A DNA stretch of 32,000 nucleotides from Mycobacterium tuberculosis H37Rv (lineage in GTDB: Bacteria; Actinomycetota; Actinomycetes; Mycobacteriales; Mycobacteriaceae): contig NC_000962.3 in NCBI RefSeq assembly GCF_000195955.2, positions 3,450,001-3,482,000 on the forward strand, given 5' to 3'. The translations under genes were made by a program, and so were the position numbers. Positions 9,116 through 17,966 of the stretch are shown piece after piece. Position 1 is the stretch's first letter; each line of letters opens with the position of its first letter. Below the pieces are notes generated by a model that saw nothing but the letters and a program-made list of their open reading frames with translations, made no database searches and was not told the DNA's origin.

Positions 9116-10807
9116 ATGCCGATCCCCTTTGCCGATGGGATGCTCAGCCGGCTGGGTCGCCGCGGGGCAGCGCTCGACCTGATCGAGGAGTTCGAGGACG
9201 AGTCCGGGGAGCCCCCCGCATCCCTGAGCCCCGCCGACCTGCTGGCCGCCGAACCGGCCCTGCTGCTGCAGAAGATGGAGAACCGCCTCGTCCGGCACCA
9301 CCTAGCCAATCCGGACGTGTTGAGCGGCGAACAGCTGCGCAAGCTGCGCTACATCCTCAATTTCGCCAGGCTGGCCGACTTCGAACCGGGGGCCGCGGGG
9401 CCGGGCGGAAGCCGCGGTCGCGGGGACATCTCGGTGGGCGGCCAAGTCGCGCCTTGGCGGTCCCGGGTCGTCGACGCGTTGTACGCACCGCTGCGCGAGG
9501 AGCCCGATCCGGTCACGGCGCTGGAGGGCGCGAAAGACGTGCTGGCGACGCTGGTCGACGACCAGGACGATCAGCGTCGAGTGCTCATCGAGCGCCACGG
9601 CAGCGACTTCTCCGCGACGGAACTCGACGCCGAGGTCGGCTACAAGAAGCTGGTGACCGTCCTCGGCGGCGGCGGGGGCGCGGGCTTCGTCTACATCGGC
9701 GGCATGCAACGGCTGCTGGCGGCCGGCCAGGTGCCCGACTACATGATCGGCTCGTCGTTCGGGTCGATCATCGGCAGCCTGGTGGCCCGTGAACTGCCGG
9801 TGCCGATCGACGAGTACGCCGAGTGGGCCAAAACGGTGTCCTACCGCGCCATCCTGGGCCCGGAGCGGCGGCGCAGCCGCCACGGGTTGGCCGGAATGTT
9901 CACCCTGCGCTTCGACCAGTTCGCCCATACCCTGCTCAGCCGTGCGGACGGCGAACGGATGCGCATGTCGGATCTGGCAATCCCGTTCGATGTCGTCGTC
10001 GCCGGTGTGCGCAGGCAGCCTTATGCGGCGCTGCCGTCCAGGTTCCGCCATCGCGAGCGGTCTACACTGACGTTGCGGTCGCTGCCGTTTCTGCCGATCG
10101 GTATCGGCCCGTGGGTGGCGGCACGCATGTGGCAAGTCGCGGCCTTCATCGACTTGCGGGTGGTCAAGCCGATCGTCATCAGCGCCGACGGCGCGACACG
10201 CGACGTCAACGTCGTTGACGCGGCGTCTTTCTCGTCGGCCATCCCCGGTGTGCTGCACCACGAAACCAGCGACCCGCGGATGCTGCCAATCCTCGACGAG
10301 TTGTGCGCCGACCAGGACGTCGCGGCGATGGTCGACGGCGGCGCGGCCAGCAACGTCCCGGTCGAATTGGCGTGGGAGCGGGTCCGCGACGGGCGGCTCG
10401 GCACCCGCAACGCGTGTTATCTGGCGTTCGACTGCTTCCATCCGCACTGGGACCCCCGACATCTGTGGCTGGTACCGATCACCCAGGCGGTCCAGCTGCA
10501 GATGGTGCGCAACCTGCCCTACGCCGACCACCTCGTCCGATTCGAGCCGACGCTGTCGCCGGTGAACCTGGCGCCGTCCGCGGCGGCCATCGACCGGGCT
10601 TGCCGGTGGGGGCGCGACAGCGTCGAACCGGCGATTGCGGTGACATCGGCGCTGCTGGAGCCGACGTGGTGGGAAGGCGACAGGCCCCCCGCCGCCGAAC
10701 CCAAGGAACGCACAAAGTCGGCGGCCTCGTCGATGAGCGCCGTGATGGCCGCGATTCAGGCGCCGACGGGCCGGTTTCGGCGATGGCGAAGCCGCCACCT
10801 GACCTAG
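9116..10807 (+). CDS. Patatin-like phospholipase family protein (Rv3091-like)
   Basis: ATG at 9116 gives 563 aa. Glycine-rich GGGGGAGFVYIGG, nucleophile elbow IGSSFGSIIG (GxSxG) and MVDGGAASNVP (DGG). Confidence 0.87.
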   Translation: MPIPFADGMLSRLGRRGAALDLIEEFEDESGEPPASLSPADLLAAEPALLLQKMENRLVRHHLANPDVLSGEQLRKLRYILNFARLADFEPGAAGPGGSRGRGDISVGGQVAPWRSRVVDALYAPLREEPDPVTALEGAKDVLATLVDDQDDQRRVLIERHGSDFSATELDAEVGYKKLVTVLGGGGGAGFVYIGGMQRLLAAGQVPDYMIGSSFGSIIGSLVARELPVPIDEYAEWAKTVSYRAILGPERRRSRHGLAGMFTLRFDQFAHTLLSRADGERMRMSDLAIPFDVVVAGVRRQPYAALPSRFRHRERSTLTLRSLPFLPIGIGPWVAARMWQVAAFIDLRVVKPIVISADGATRDVNVVDAASFSSAIPGVLHHETSDPRMLPILDELCADQDVAAMVDGGAASNVPVELAWERVRDGRLGTRNACYLAFDCFHPHWDPRHLWLVPITQAVQLQMVRNLPYADHLVRFEPTLSPVNLAPSAAAIDRACRWGRDSVEPAIAVTSALLEPTWWEGDRPPAAEPKERTKSAASSMSAVMAAIQAPTGRFRRWRSRHLT

Positions 10808-10813
10808 CGACGG

Positions 10814-11734
10814 CTACAGGGAACGCGACCTCGGCGGTCGAAAGCAAACCAGGTGCACAAGTGCAACAACAACGATTCCGATCACCAACCCAGTCGCCGC
10901 GCACGCCGCGGTGCTGACCAACCAGGTCAGCGCGCCACCAGCAGACCCCACCAGGTGGTCATCTAGGTGGTGAACCAGGCGGTACGGGGCGTGCCAGCCG
11001 AGGTGGTCGCTGCCCACAAGCACTATGTGGCCGCCCACCCAGAGCATGGCTCCCATCCCGACCGCTGACAGCGCCGATAGCAGTTTGGGCATCCCCGCGA
11101 CCAGGCCCCCGCCGATCCGCTGCCCGAATCGGGACGCGGTCTGGGTGAGGCGCAGGCCGACGTCGTCCATTTGGACGATGACGGCGACGACACCGTACAC
11201 CGCGGCGGTGATGACGAGGGCGACGATGACGAGGACGATGAGGCGCGGCACGAATGGCTGGTCGGCCACCTCGTTGAGGGCGATCACCATGATCTCGGCG
11301 GATAGGATGAAGTCGGTCCGGATCGCCCCGGCCACCAGCTCGCGTTCGGCGACCTGCGGCGCGGCGTCGTGGCCACGGCCGCCGATGACGCCGCACACCT
11401 TTTCGGCGCCCTCGTAGCACAGATACGTGGCGCCCAACATCAGCAGCGGGGTCAACAGCCACGGCACGAGCTGGCTGAGCAGCAATGCACCGGGAAGGAT
11501 GAGCAGCAGCTTGTTGCGCACCGACCCGATCGCGATGCGTTTGATGATCGGCAGCTCACGCTCAGCGGTGATCCGGTGGACGTATTGCGGCGTCACCGCC
11601 GTGTCGTCAATGACCACTCCCGCAGCCTTTGCCGTCGCACGACCGGCGGCGGCGCCGATGTCGTCAATCGAGGCGGCGGCCAGCCGTGCAAGAACCGCGA
11701 CATGGTCCAGCAGTCCGAACAGACCGCCGCTCAT
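10814..11734 (-). CDS. DUF808/YedI-like integral membrane protein (Rv3092c-like)
   Basis: Within the 476-aa ORF, a start at 11734 (MSGGLFGLLDHVAVLARLAAASIDD...) gives 306 aa with several hydrophobic segments. Confidence 0.82.
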   Translation of the reverse strand: MSGGLFGLLDHVAVLARLAAASIDDIGAAAGRATAKAAGVVIDDTAVTPQYVHRITAERELPIIKRIAIGSVRNKLLLILPGALLLSQLVPWLLTPLLMLGATYLCYEGAEKVCGVIGGRGHDAAPQVAERELVAGAIRTDFILSAEIMVIALNEVADQPFVPRLIVLVIVALVITAAVYGVVAVIVQMDDVGLRLTQTASRFGQRIGGGLVAGMPKLLSALSAVGMGAMLWVGGHIVLVGSDHLGWHAPYRLVHHLDDHLVGSAGGALTWLVSTAACAATGLVIGIVVVALVHLVCFRPPRSRSL

Positions 11735-11759
11735 CGCGACTCCGCCATCACGATCGAGG

Positions 11760-12764
11760 TTACCGTCTGCCGTCGTTGTCGCCAGCGGTGCCGTAGAGCC
11801 CGCCGGGTCGCAGCGCTCGCAGAGCCACCCGGCCCCCCGGGTCTTCAGCGGTGGCGGGCACGACCGCGACGCAATCGGCACCGGCATCCGCGTAGGCGCG
11901 GAGCCGGGCCGCCACTCGATCGGGGCTACCCAACGCACACACCCGGTCGAGCAGTTCGCTGGGGACAGCGACCGCCAGTTCGCGGCGAGTAGCCCGGGAC
12001 CGCGCGCTACGGACCAGGCCGTCGAAACCCAGCGCGCTGAACATTTCGCCATAGCCGGGCGGGGCGAGGTACACCGCCAGCTGAGCTGCCAGCTGGGAGT
12101 GCGCGGCCGCACCGGGGTTGACGGCGACCGGCACGCACACCGTGAGGCGCGGCGCGGCACGGCCGGCCGCGGCGGCTGCGCTGTCGATCGCCGCACGAAC
12201 CCGCCCGACACGGAACGGCGATGCCAGGTTGAGCACGACCTCATCGGCGTGCTGCGCGGCCAGGCGAATCATGCCAGGTCCAAACGCCCCCAACGCAATT
12301 CGCGTATCGGGCGCCGCACCGCGCAGCCGGAATCCGCGGCTGTTGACGTGACGGCCGCTGTATTCGACCCGCGCACCGGTAAATATCGACCGCAGGCATT
12401 CGATGGTTTCGCGCATGACCGGCACGTGGTGCGCCCAAGGTCGGCCATGCCAGCCGGCCACGATCGCCGGACTGGAAGCTCCCAGCGCGAGGTCAACCCG
12501 ACAGCCGGTGAGAGAAGCGACCGAACTGACCCCTAGCGCCAGCCCCACCGGACCGCGAACGCCGACGGCTAGCGGTCCGACCTTCAGCGTCATGTTTGGC
12601 GTGCGGAGCCCGATCGAGGTCGCGAGCGCGAACGCATCGTAGGTCGCCATTTCGCCGATCCACAGCGCAGCGAAACCCGTGTCAGCGGCCGCGAGCGCGA
12701 CATCGGTTGCCTCGTGGTCGGGGCGGTCAAGCCAGAACGGTAGGGCGACTTCGATATCGGTCAT
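11760..12764 (-). CDS. Luciferase-like (likely F420- or flavin-dependent) oxidoreductase (Rv3093c-like)
   Basis: 334 aa. ADTGFAALWIGEMATYDAFALATSIGLRTPNMTLKVGPLAVGVRGPVGLALGVSSVASLTG is typical of LLM-family enzymes. Confidence 0.85.
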   Translation of the reverse strand: MTDIEVALPFWLDRPDHEATDVALAAADTGFAALWIGEMATYDAFALATSIGLRTPNMTLKVGPLAVGVRGPVGLALGVSSVASLTGCRVDLALGASSPAIVAGWHGRPWAHHVPVMRETIECLRSIFTGARVEYSGRHVNSRGFRLRGAAPDTRIALGAFGPGMIRLAAQHADEVVLNLASPFRVGRVRAAIDSAAAAAGRAAPRLTVCVPVAVNPGAAAHSQLAAQLAVYLAPPGYGEMFSALGFDGLVRSARSRATRRELAVAVPSELLDRVCALGSPDRVAARLRAYADAGADCVAVVPATAEDPGGRVALRALRPGGLYGTAGDNDGRR

Positions 12765-13891
12765 AGCATCGACACGTCGGCCGGCTGGTCGAGCAGGACA
12801 CGCCCGGGCAGTTCGCGTGATGCCTCGTTGACCTGGAAATGGGCGGTAGCGGTGAATGCGTCGCGGAACCGGCGCTGCAGCGGTGCGTTGTCGTAGATGG
12901 CGGTGCCGCCCGCCAGATCATACATGCTGCGCACCACGTCGGCCGAGGTCCGTACCGCGTGCGTGGCCGCCAACCGCAGCCGGTTGCGCATCGTCACCGG
13001 TACCGCCTCGGCATCGTGGCTGACCTGCCAGGCCGCCTCGATTACCTCGTAGAACAGGGCGCGGGCGGCGCCCAGCGCCGACTCGGCGGTTGCCGCCGCG
13101 GCTTGGGTCGCCGAACGTTCCGCCAAGGTCCGAGTGGACCCAAGCCCTTTCTTGCCGCCGGCCAGCTCGACCAGATCGTCAATCGCGGCGCGCGCATTGC
13201 CCAACGCAGCCGCGCCAATCGACAACGCGAAAAATCCAAACACCGGAAAGCGATACAGCGGCCGGTCCACGATTGGTCCGTCAAACACCGAGAACACGCG
13301 ATCAGCGGGCACGAAGACGTCGTCGGCAACGCAGTCGTGGCTGCCGGTGCCACGCAAACCCAATGTGTGCCAAGTGTCGAGGACCTGCAGCTCGTCCTTG
13401 TTCAGCGCGACGACCGACGGCACTTGCCGGTCGTCGACGAAGCAGCCGGCGAACATGATGTCCGCGTGGTTGATCCCGCTGCAAAACGGCCAGCGTCCGG
13501 ACACCACGACACCGCCGTCGACGGACCGGGCCGTGCCACGTGGCGCCCACACCCCCGCCGCGACACCCCGCCCCCCGCCGAACATTTCCTCGCGGCTGCG
13601 CGCCGGCAGGTAGGCGACCAGCAGGGCACTGGTAATCGCGATCGACACACACCATCCCGCTGACGCGTCACCACGCGCCACCGCCTCGGCGCACCGCAGC
13701 GCCCGCCCGGGTGCCAGCTCCGGCGCCGCAACCTCACGCGGCATGGTGGCGCGCAGCAAGCCGGCCTCGCGCAGCCGGGTCACCAGCTCGTCTGGCAGCC
13801 GACGATCGCGCTCGATTTCCGCGGATCGCGCTCGGGCCCACCGCGCGATCTTCTCGGCGAGGATCTCGATCTCGGTTTCGCTTTGGTTCAC
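12761..13891 (-). CDS. Acyl-CoA dehydrogenase/FAD-dependent hydroxylase-like protein (Rv3094c-like)
   Basis: GTG at 13891 gives 376 aa (VNQSETEIEILAEKIARWAR...). ACAD-like GDASAGWCVSIAI and GTGSHDCVADDVFVP. Overlaps the downstream gene by ATGA. Confidence 0.85.
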   Translation of the reverse strand: MNQSETEIEILAEKIARWARARSAEIERDRRLPDELVTRLREAGLLRATMPREVAAPELAPGRALRCAEAVARGDASAGWCVSIAITSALLVAYLPARSREEMFGGGRGVAAGVWAPRGTARSVDGGVVVSGRWPFCSGINHADIMFAGCFVDDRQVPSVVALNKDELQVLDTWHTLGLRGTGSHDCVADDVFVPADRVFSVFDGPIVDRPLYRFPVFGFFALSIGAAALGNARAAIDDLVELAGGKKGLGSTRTLAERSATQAAAATAESALGAARALFYEVIEAAWQVSHDAEAVPVTMRNRLRLAATHAVRTSADVVRSMYDLAGGTAIYDNAPLQRRFRDAFTATAHFQVNEASRELPGRVLLDQPADVSML

Positions 13892-13914
13892 GGGCGGCTC
13901 CTGATGACGGTGGC

Positions 13915-13954
13915 GGTTCAATGAAGTTACCACCCTTGGTTCAGTCATTGAACC
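13915..13954. promoter_or_regulatory. Candidate operator between Rv3094c and Rv3095 homologues
   Basis: Perfect 10-bp inverted repeat GGTTCAATGA-N20-TCATTGAACC, plus a nested GGTTCAgtcatTGAACC palindrome at 13938-13954. Confidence 0.55.
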
Positions 13955-13972
13955 AGGTACAGTTGGTGGACC

Positions 13973-14449
13973 ATGGCCGTTTCCGATCTATCCCACCGCT
14001 TCGAAGGGGAGTCGGTCGGCCGGGCGCTCGAGCTAGTCGGTGAACGCTGGACGCTGCTTATCCTGCGTGAGGCGTTCTTCGGGGTGCGGCGGTTCGGTCA
14101 GCTCGCGCGGAACCTTGGCATTCCGCGGCCCACGCTGTCCTCGCGGCTGCGGATGCTCGTCGAGGTGGGTCTTTTTGACCGGGTGCCATATTCCTCCGAC
14201 CCCGAGCGACACGAGTACCGGCTCACCGAAGCGGGCCGCGATCTGTTCGCCGCGATCGTCGTCCTCATGCAGTGGGGGGATGAGTACTTGCCACGCCCAG
14301 AAGGACCACCGATCAAGCTGCGCCACCACACCTGCGGCGAGCACGCCGACCCACGCCTGATCTGTACCCACTGCGGCGAGGAGATCACCGCGCGCAATGT
14401 GACACCTGAACCGGGGCCGGGCTTTAAAGCCAAGCTGGCGTCCTCATAA
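13973..14449 (+). CDS. HxlR-family winged-helix transcriptional regulator (Rv3095-like)
   Basis: 158 aa. VGERWTLLILREAFFGVRRFGQLARNLGIPRPTLSSRLRMLVEVGLFDRVPYSSDPERHEYRLTEAGRDL is a classic HxlR signature. Confidence 0.93.
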   Translation: MAVSDLSHRFEGESVGRALELVGERWTLLILREAFFGVRRFGQLARNLGIPRPTLSSRLRMLVEVGLFDRVPYSSDPERHEYRLTEAGRDLFAAIVVLMQWGDEYLPRPEGPPIKLRHHTCGEHADPRLICTHCGEEITARNVTPEPGPGFKAKLASS

Positions 14450-14546
14450 CGATTCCCAACCTCAAATTGTTGCGAATCGATAATGCAAGCCGAACCACGT
14501 CGCCGAACAAGGCCGTACACCTTGGCCGGGAAACTATCGTCATTTT

Positions 14547-15686
14547 GTGCACCGTCGAACGGCCCTGAAGCTCCCGCTGCTGCTGGCGGCAGGCACGGTG
14601 CTGGGCCAAGCGCCGCGGGCCGCCGCCGAAGAACCAGGCCGGTGGTCGGCCGACCGCGCACATCGCTGGTATCAAGCGCACGGCTGGCTCGTCGGTGCAA
14701 ACTACATCACCTCGAACGCCATCAACCAGCTCGAGATGTTCCAGCCAGGCACATACGATCCCCGGCGCATCGACAACGAGCTGGGCCTTGCGCGGTTTCA
14801 CGGGTTCAACACCGTGCGAGTCTTCCTCCACGACCTGCTGTGGGCCCAAGACGCGCCCGGTTTCCAAACCCGGCTCGCGCAGTTCGTCGCCATCGCGGCG
14901 CGATACCACATCAAACCGCTCTTTGTCCTGTTCGACTCCTGCTGGGACCCGCTCCCCAGACCGGGTCGGCAGCGGGCGCCAAGGGCTGGGGTGCACAACT
15001 CCGGGTGGGTGCAAAGTCCGGGTGCTGAACGCCTCGATGACCGCCGCTATGCCAGCACGCTGTACAACTACGTCACGGGTGTGTTGGGCCAATTCCGCAA
15101 CGACGATCGCGTGTTGGGTTGGGACCTGTGGAATGAACCCGACAATCCCGCGCGCGTGTATCGCAAGGTGGAAAGGAAAGACAAGCTCGAGCGCGTCGCG
15201 GAGCTCCTCCCCCAAGTGTTCCGATGGGCCCGCACGGTCGATCCGGTTCAACCGCTGACCAGTGGTGTCTGGCAAGGGAATTGGGGAGATCCCGGACGCC
15301 GCAGCACCATCAGCGCCATTCAACTCGACAACGCCGACGTGATCACCTTCCACAGTTACGCCGCGCCGGCCGAATTCGAGGGCCGCATCGCTGAGCTCGC
15401 TCCGTTGCAGCGGCCAATCCTGTGCACCGAGTACCTGGCGCGGTCCCAAGGCAGCACTGTCGAGGGAATCCTGCCGATTGCTAAGCGGCACAACGTTGGT
15501 GCGTTCAATTGGGGTTTGGTGGCGGGAAAGACTCAGACCTATTTGCCGTGGGATTCGTGGGATCACCCCTACCGCGCGCCCCCGAAGGTGTGGTTTCACG
15601 ACCTGCTACACCCCAACGGCCGGCCGTATCGGGACGGCGAAGTTCAAACGATTCGGAAGCTGAACGGGATGCCGAGCCAGGACTAG
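14547..15686 (+). CDS. Predicted Tat-exported glycoside hydrolase (GH5/mannanase-like) (Rv3096-like)
   Basis: 379 aa. Signal MHRRTALKLPLLLAAGTVLGQAPRAAAEE with twin Arg, candidate catalytic residues in DLWNEPDNP and ILCTEYLAR. Confidence 0.85.
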   Translation: MHRRTALKLPLLLAAGTVLGQAPRAAAEEPGRWSADRAHRWYQAHGWLVGANYITSNAINQLEMFQPGTYDPRRIDNELGLARFHGFNTVRVFLHDLLWAQDAPGFQTRLAQFVAIAARYHIKPLFVLFDSCWDPLPRPGRQRAPRAGVHNSGWVQSPGAERLDDRRYASTLYNYVTGVLGQFRNDDRVLGWDLWNEPDNPARVYRKVERKDKLERVAELLPQVFRWARTVDPVQPLTSGVWQGNWGDPGRRSTISAIQLDNADVITFHSYAAPAEFEGRIAELAPLQRPILCTEYLARSQGSTVEGILPIAKRHNVGAFNWGLVAGKTQTYLPWDSWDHPYRAPPKVWFHDLLHPNGRPYRDGEVQTIRKLNGMPSQD

Positions 15687-15777
15687 GCTTTCCCCAGCCC
15701 GCATTGGGCGCGGCTCGCCGAATGCGAGCCCGACACCTACTGAAAACCATGTGCGCGGTCGGCCTGGCGGAACCGGA

Positions 15778-17091
15778 TCAGGCGGCGATACCGAGTTGCT
15801 GGTTAATCTGCGGCCAGGACAGCAAACCCCAGGGGGTGAGCAGTATCCAGTCGTGGATTTGCCAGGGGGCCAGTACGAAGCTGAACGGCGCTCCTTGGAC
15901 TACGGCTGTGTGCTCGAGGACAACCGCTTGTTGTGCGAGCGGATCAAGCGAGCCCGAATAGACATACGTCGGCGGAAGACCGTTCAGCGACCCATACAGC
16001 GGACTGACCAGCGGGTCGTTGACCGCAAGATTGCCTGCCCACGCCTGGCTGATCTGCCAGGTCCCCACATCGAGCCACGGGGACAGCAACACCATGGACG
16101 ACGGTACTGGGTTGCCCTGGCTCACCATGTATTGGGCGGCCGCCAGTGCGAGGTTGCCGCCCGCGGAGTCCCCGACCACGCTGACGTTGGAGACCCCGTG
16201 TTGCGCGATTTGCGTGGAGATGAGCCCGGCCATCGCCGGTACTACCGTCCCGGCAGTGCCTCCTTCCTGCACCAACGGGTAAATCGGCACTTGCACGGTC
16301 GCGCCGGTCTGGTAAGCCGTCACCGAGTAGTTGAGCCAGTGGAAGATTGACGGCGGCAGGATAAACGCGCCGCCGTGAATGGCAACCACGTATTCGCCGG
16401 TTGGATGAGCCGGCGTGATCTGCACGACGCTCATCCCGTCATAGGTGGTGTACTGGACCGTCTGTCCCAGCAGCGAGTTCAGCAACGGCGGTGGGGAGTT
16501 GCCAAGAAACCACGACAGCGGCGGTATGTCGCTGGCAATGAGCGCTAAAAGTGGATTGTTTGGGATTGCAAAGTGAGTTTCGAGCGCAGACAAACTCAGC
16601 AGGGGTTTCACCGGCCACAGCGAAGCGATGTCGAATCCGGCAGCCCCTGACGGCGTGCCGGTGAAGATCCCTGCCTGCGCCGCCGCGAAAGGCGGAACCT
16701 GCGTGAATCCGGCGGCCAGCGCCGTGGGGGCCCGCTGAATTTCCTGGTGAATCGTGGCAAAACCGTTCCCGATACCGCTGGCGAATTCACTCTGCAACAG
16801 CGAAGCGTTGGCCAGCTCGGCGGCGGCATACCCCTTGGCCGCGCCTGTCAATGCCTGCACAAACCGCTCATGAAACACCGCAAGCTGTGCGCTAAGAGCT
16901 TGATAGTCCTGACCATGGCCGGAAAACAAAGCCGCGATCGCGGCTGACACCTCGTCCTCGGCAGCGGCTAATACCGTCGTGGTGGCACCCGCGACACCCT
17001 GGCTCGCCGTCGCGACCACCGAACCAATCGAAGCCACGTCTGTGGCCGCGGCGGACATCACCTCCGGCAACGCAACAACATAAGACACCAC
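15778..17091 (-). CDS. lipY: PE-domain triacylglycerol lipase
   Basis: 437 aa. N-terminal PE domain (MVSYVVALPEVMSAAATDVASIGS...), linker, HSL lipase core with AIHGGAF and VGDSAGGNLA. Confidence 0.93.
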   Translation of the reverse strand: MVSYVVALPEVMSAAATDVASIGSVVATASQGVAGATTTVLAAAEDEVSAAIAALFSGHGQDYQALSAQLAVFHERFVQALTGAAKGYAAAELANASLLQSEFASGIGNGFATIHQEIQRAPTALAAGFTQVPPFAAAQAGIFTGTPSGAAGFDIASLWPVKPLLSLSALETHFAIPNNPLLALIASDIPPLSWFLGNSPPPLLNSLLGQTVQYTTYDGMSVVQITPAHPTGEYVVAIHGGAFILPPSIFHWLNYSVTAYQTGATVQVPIYPLVQEGGTAGTVVPAMAGLISTQIAQHGVSNVSVVGDSAGGNLALAAAQYMVSQGNPVPSSMVLLSPWLDVGTWQISQAWAGNLAVNDPLVSPLYGSLNGLPPTYVYSGSLDPLAQQAVVLEHTAVVQGAPFSFVLAPWQIHDWILLTPWGLLSWPQINQQLGIAA

Positions 17092-17411
17092 GCCGCTCCC
17101 GCCACCTCACGGCAACTTCCCCAGTTGCCCAGCCACTACCGATCGCCGAGTAGCCGGAGCTTATGCCCACGCCGAGTAGTCACGTGCCAGTTTGCGCGAA
17201 TTCCCAAAGTTAGACCGGCAAACGTGACGGCACCGATCCGTGTGGTGCAGCCGCCGGGAATCGAACACTCTCCGACGCAAAACGACCTGCGATTACGCGC
17301 GGGGCGTTGATGGCGTCAAGAAGGAATGAGGCGGCGAACGCGGGCGTTGGGGTGCCGCTATGCGTTGAACAATTGCTATACGATTGTGCAACATCAGCTA
17401 TCGTCGTACTC

Positions 17412-17612
17412 ATGACCGCGACCATCGGCTTCCGACCTACTGAAAAAGACGAGCAGATCATCAACGCCGCAATGCGCAGCGGCGAGCGCAAGAGCGACGT
17501 CATCCGGCGGGCACTGCAGCTGCTCGAACGGGAAGTGTGGATCAAGCAAGCTCGCACCGACGCTGAGCGACTTCGAGACGAGGATGTCTCCACTGAACCG
17601 GACGCGTGGTGA
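17412..17612 (+). CDS. Putative ribbon-helix-helix antitoxin (MazE-like)
   Basis: 66 aa: [43 protein letters not shown]... with RHH-like pattern. Overlaps the downstream toxin start. The longer 17307 start is possible but less convincing. Confidence 0.75.
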
Positions 17613-17926
17613 TTCGGGGAGCGGTCTACAGGGTCGACTTCGGCGATGCGAAGCGAGGCCACGAGCAACGCGGGCGGCGCTACGCCGTGGTCATCAGCCC
17701 CGGCTCGATGCCGTGGAGTGTAGTAACCGTGGTGCCGACGTCGACAAGCGCCCAACCTGCGGTTTTCCGACCAGAGCTGGAAGTCATGGGAACAAAGACA
17801 CGGTTCCTGGTGGATCAGATCCGGACGATCGGCATCGTCTATGTGCACGGCGATCCGGTCGACTATCTGGACCGTGACCAAATGGCCAAGGTGGAACACG
17901 CCGTGGCACGATACCTTGGTCTGTGA
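17606..17926 (+). CDS. MazF/PemK-family toxin, probable endoribonuclease
   Basis: 106 aa: [50 protein letters not shown] matches the MazF/PemK N-terminal pattern. Confidence 0.87.
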
Positions 17927-17946
17927 TGGCCGTCGCATCTGCAAAT

Positions 17947-17964
17947 GGGCCACCGACCTGGCCC
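17947..17964. terminator. Candidate bidirectional hairpin between the toxin gene and the tmRNA 3' end
   Basis: Perfect inverted repeat GGGCCA-CCGACC-TGGCCC, with no obvious T-tract. Confidence 0.4.
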
Positions 17965-17966
17965 TT

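Noticed and set aside
9302-10798. 498-aa minus-strand ORF opposite the patatin-like gene
   Set aside because: Arg/His/Asp-rich shadow ORF typical of high-GC antisense frames. The plus strand encodes a clear patatin domain.
8459-10807. 782-aa ORF as a single protein
   Set aside because: The N-terminal third is an off-frame read of the SPFH gene. A good ATG at 9116 gives the patatin protein.
17210-17953. 247-aa minus-strand ORF over the toxin-antitoxin pair
   Set aside because: The plus-strand RHH and MazF-like proteins are recognisable, while this frame is Ser/Arg/His-rich with no domain signal.
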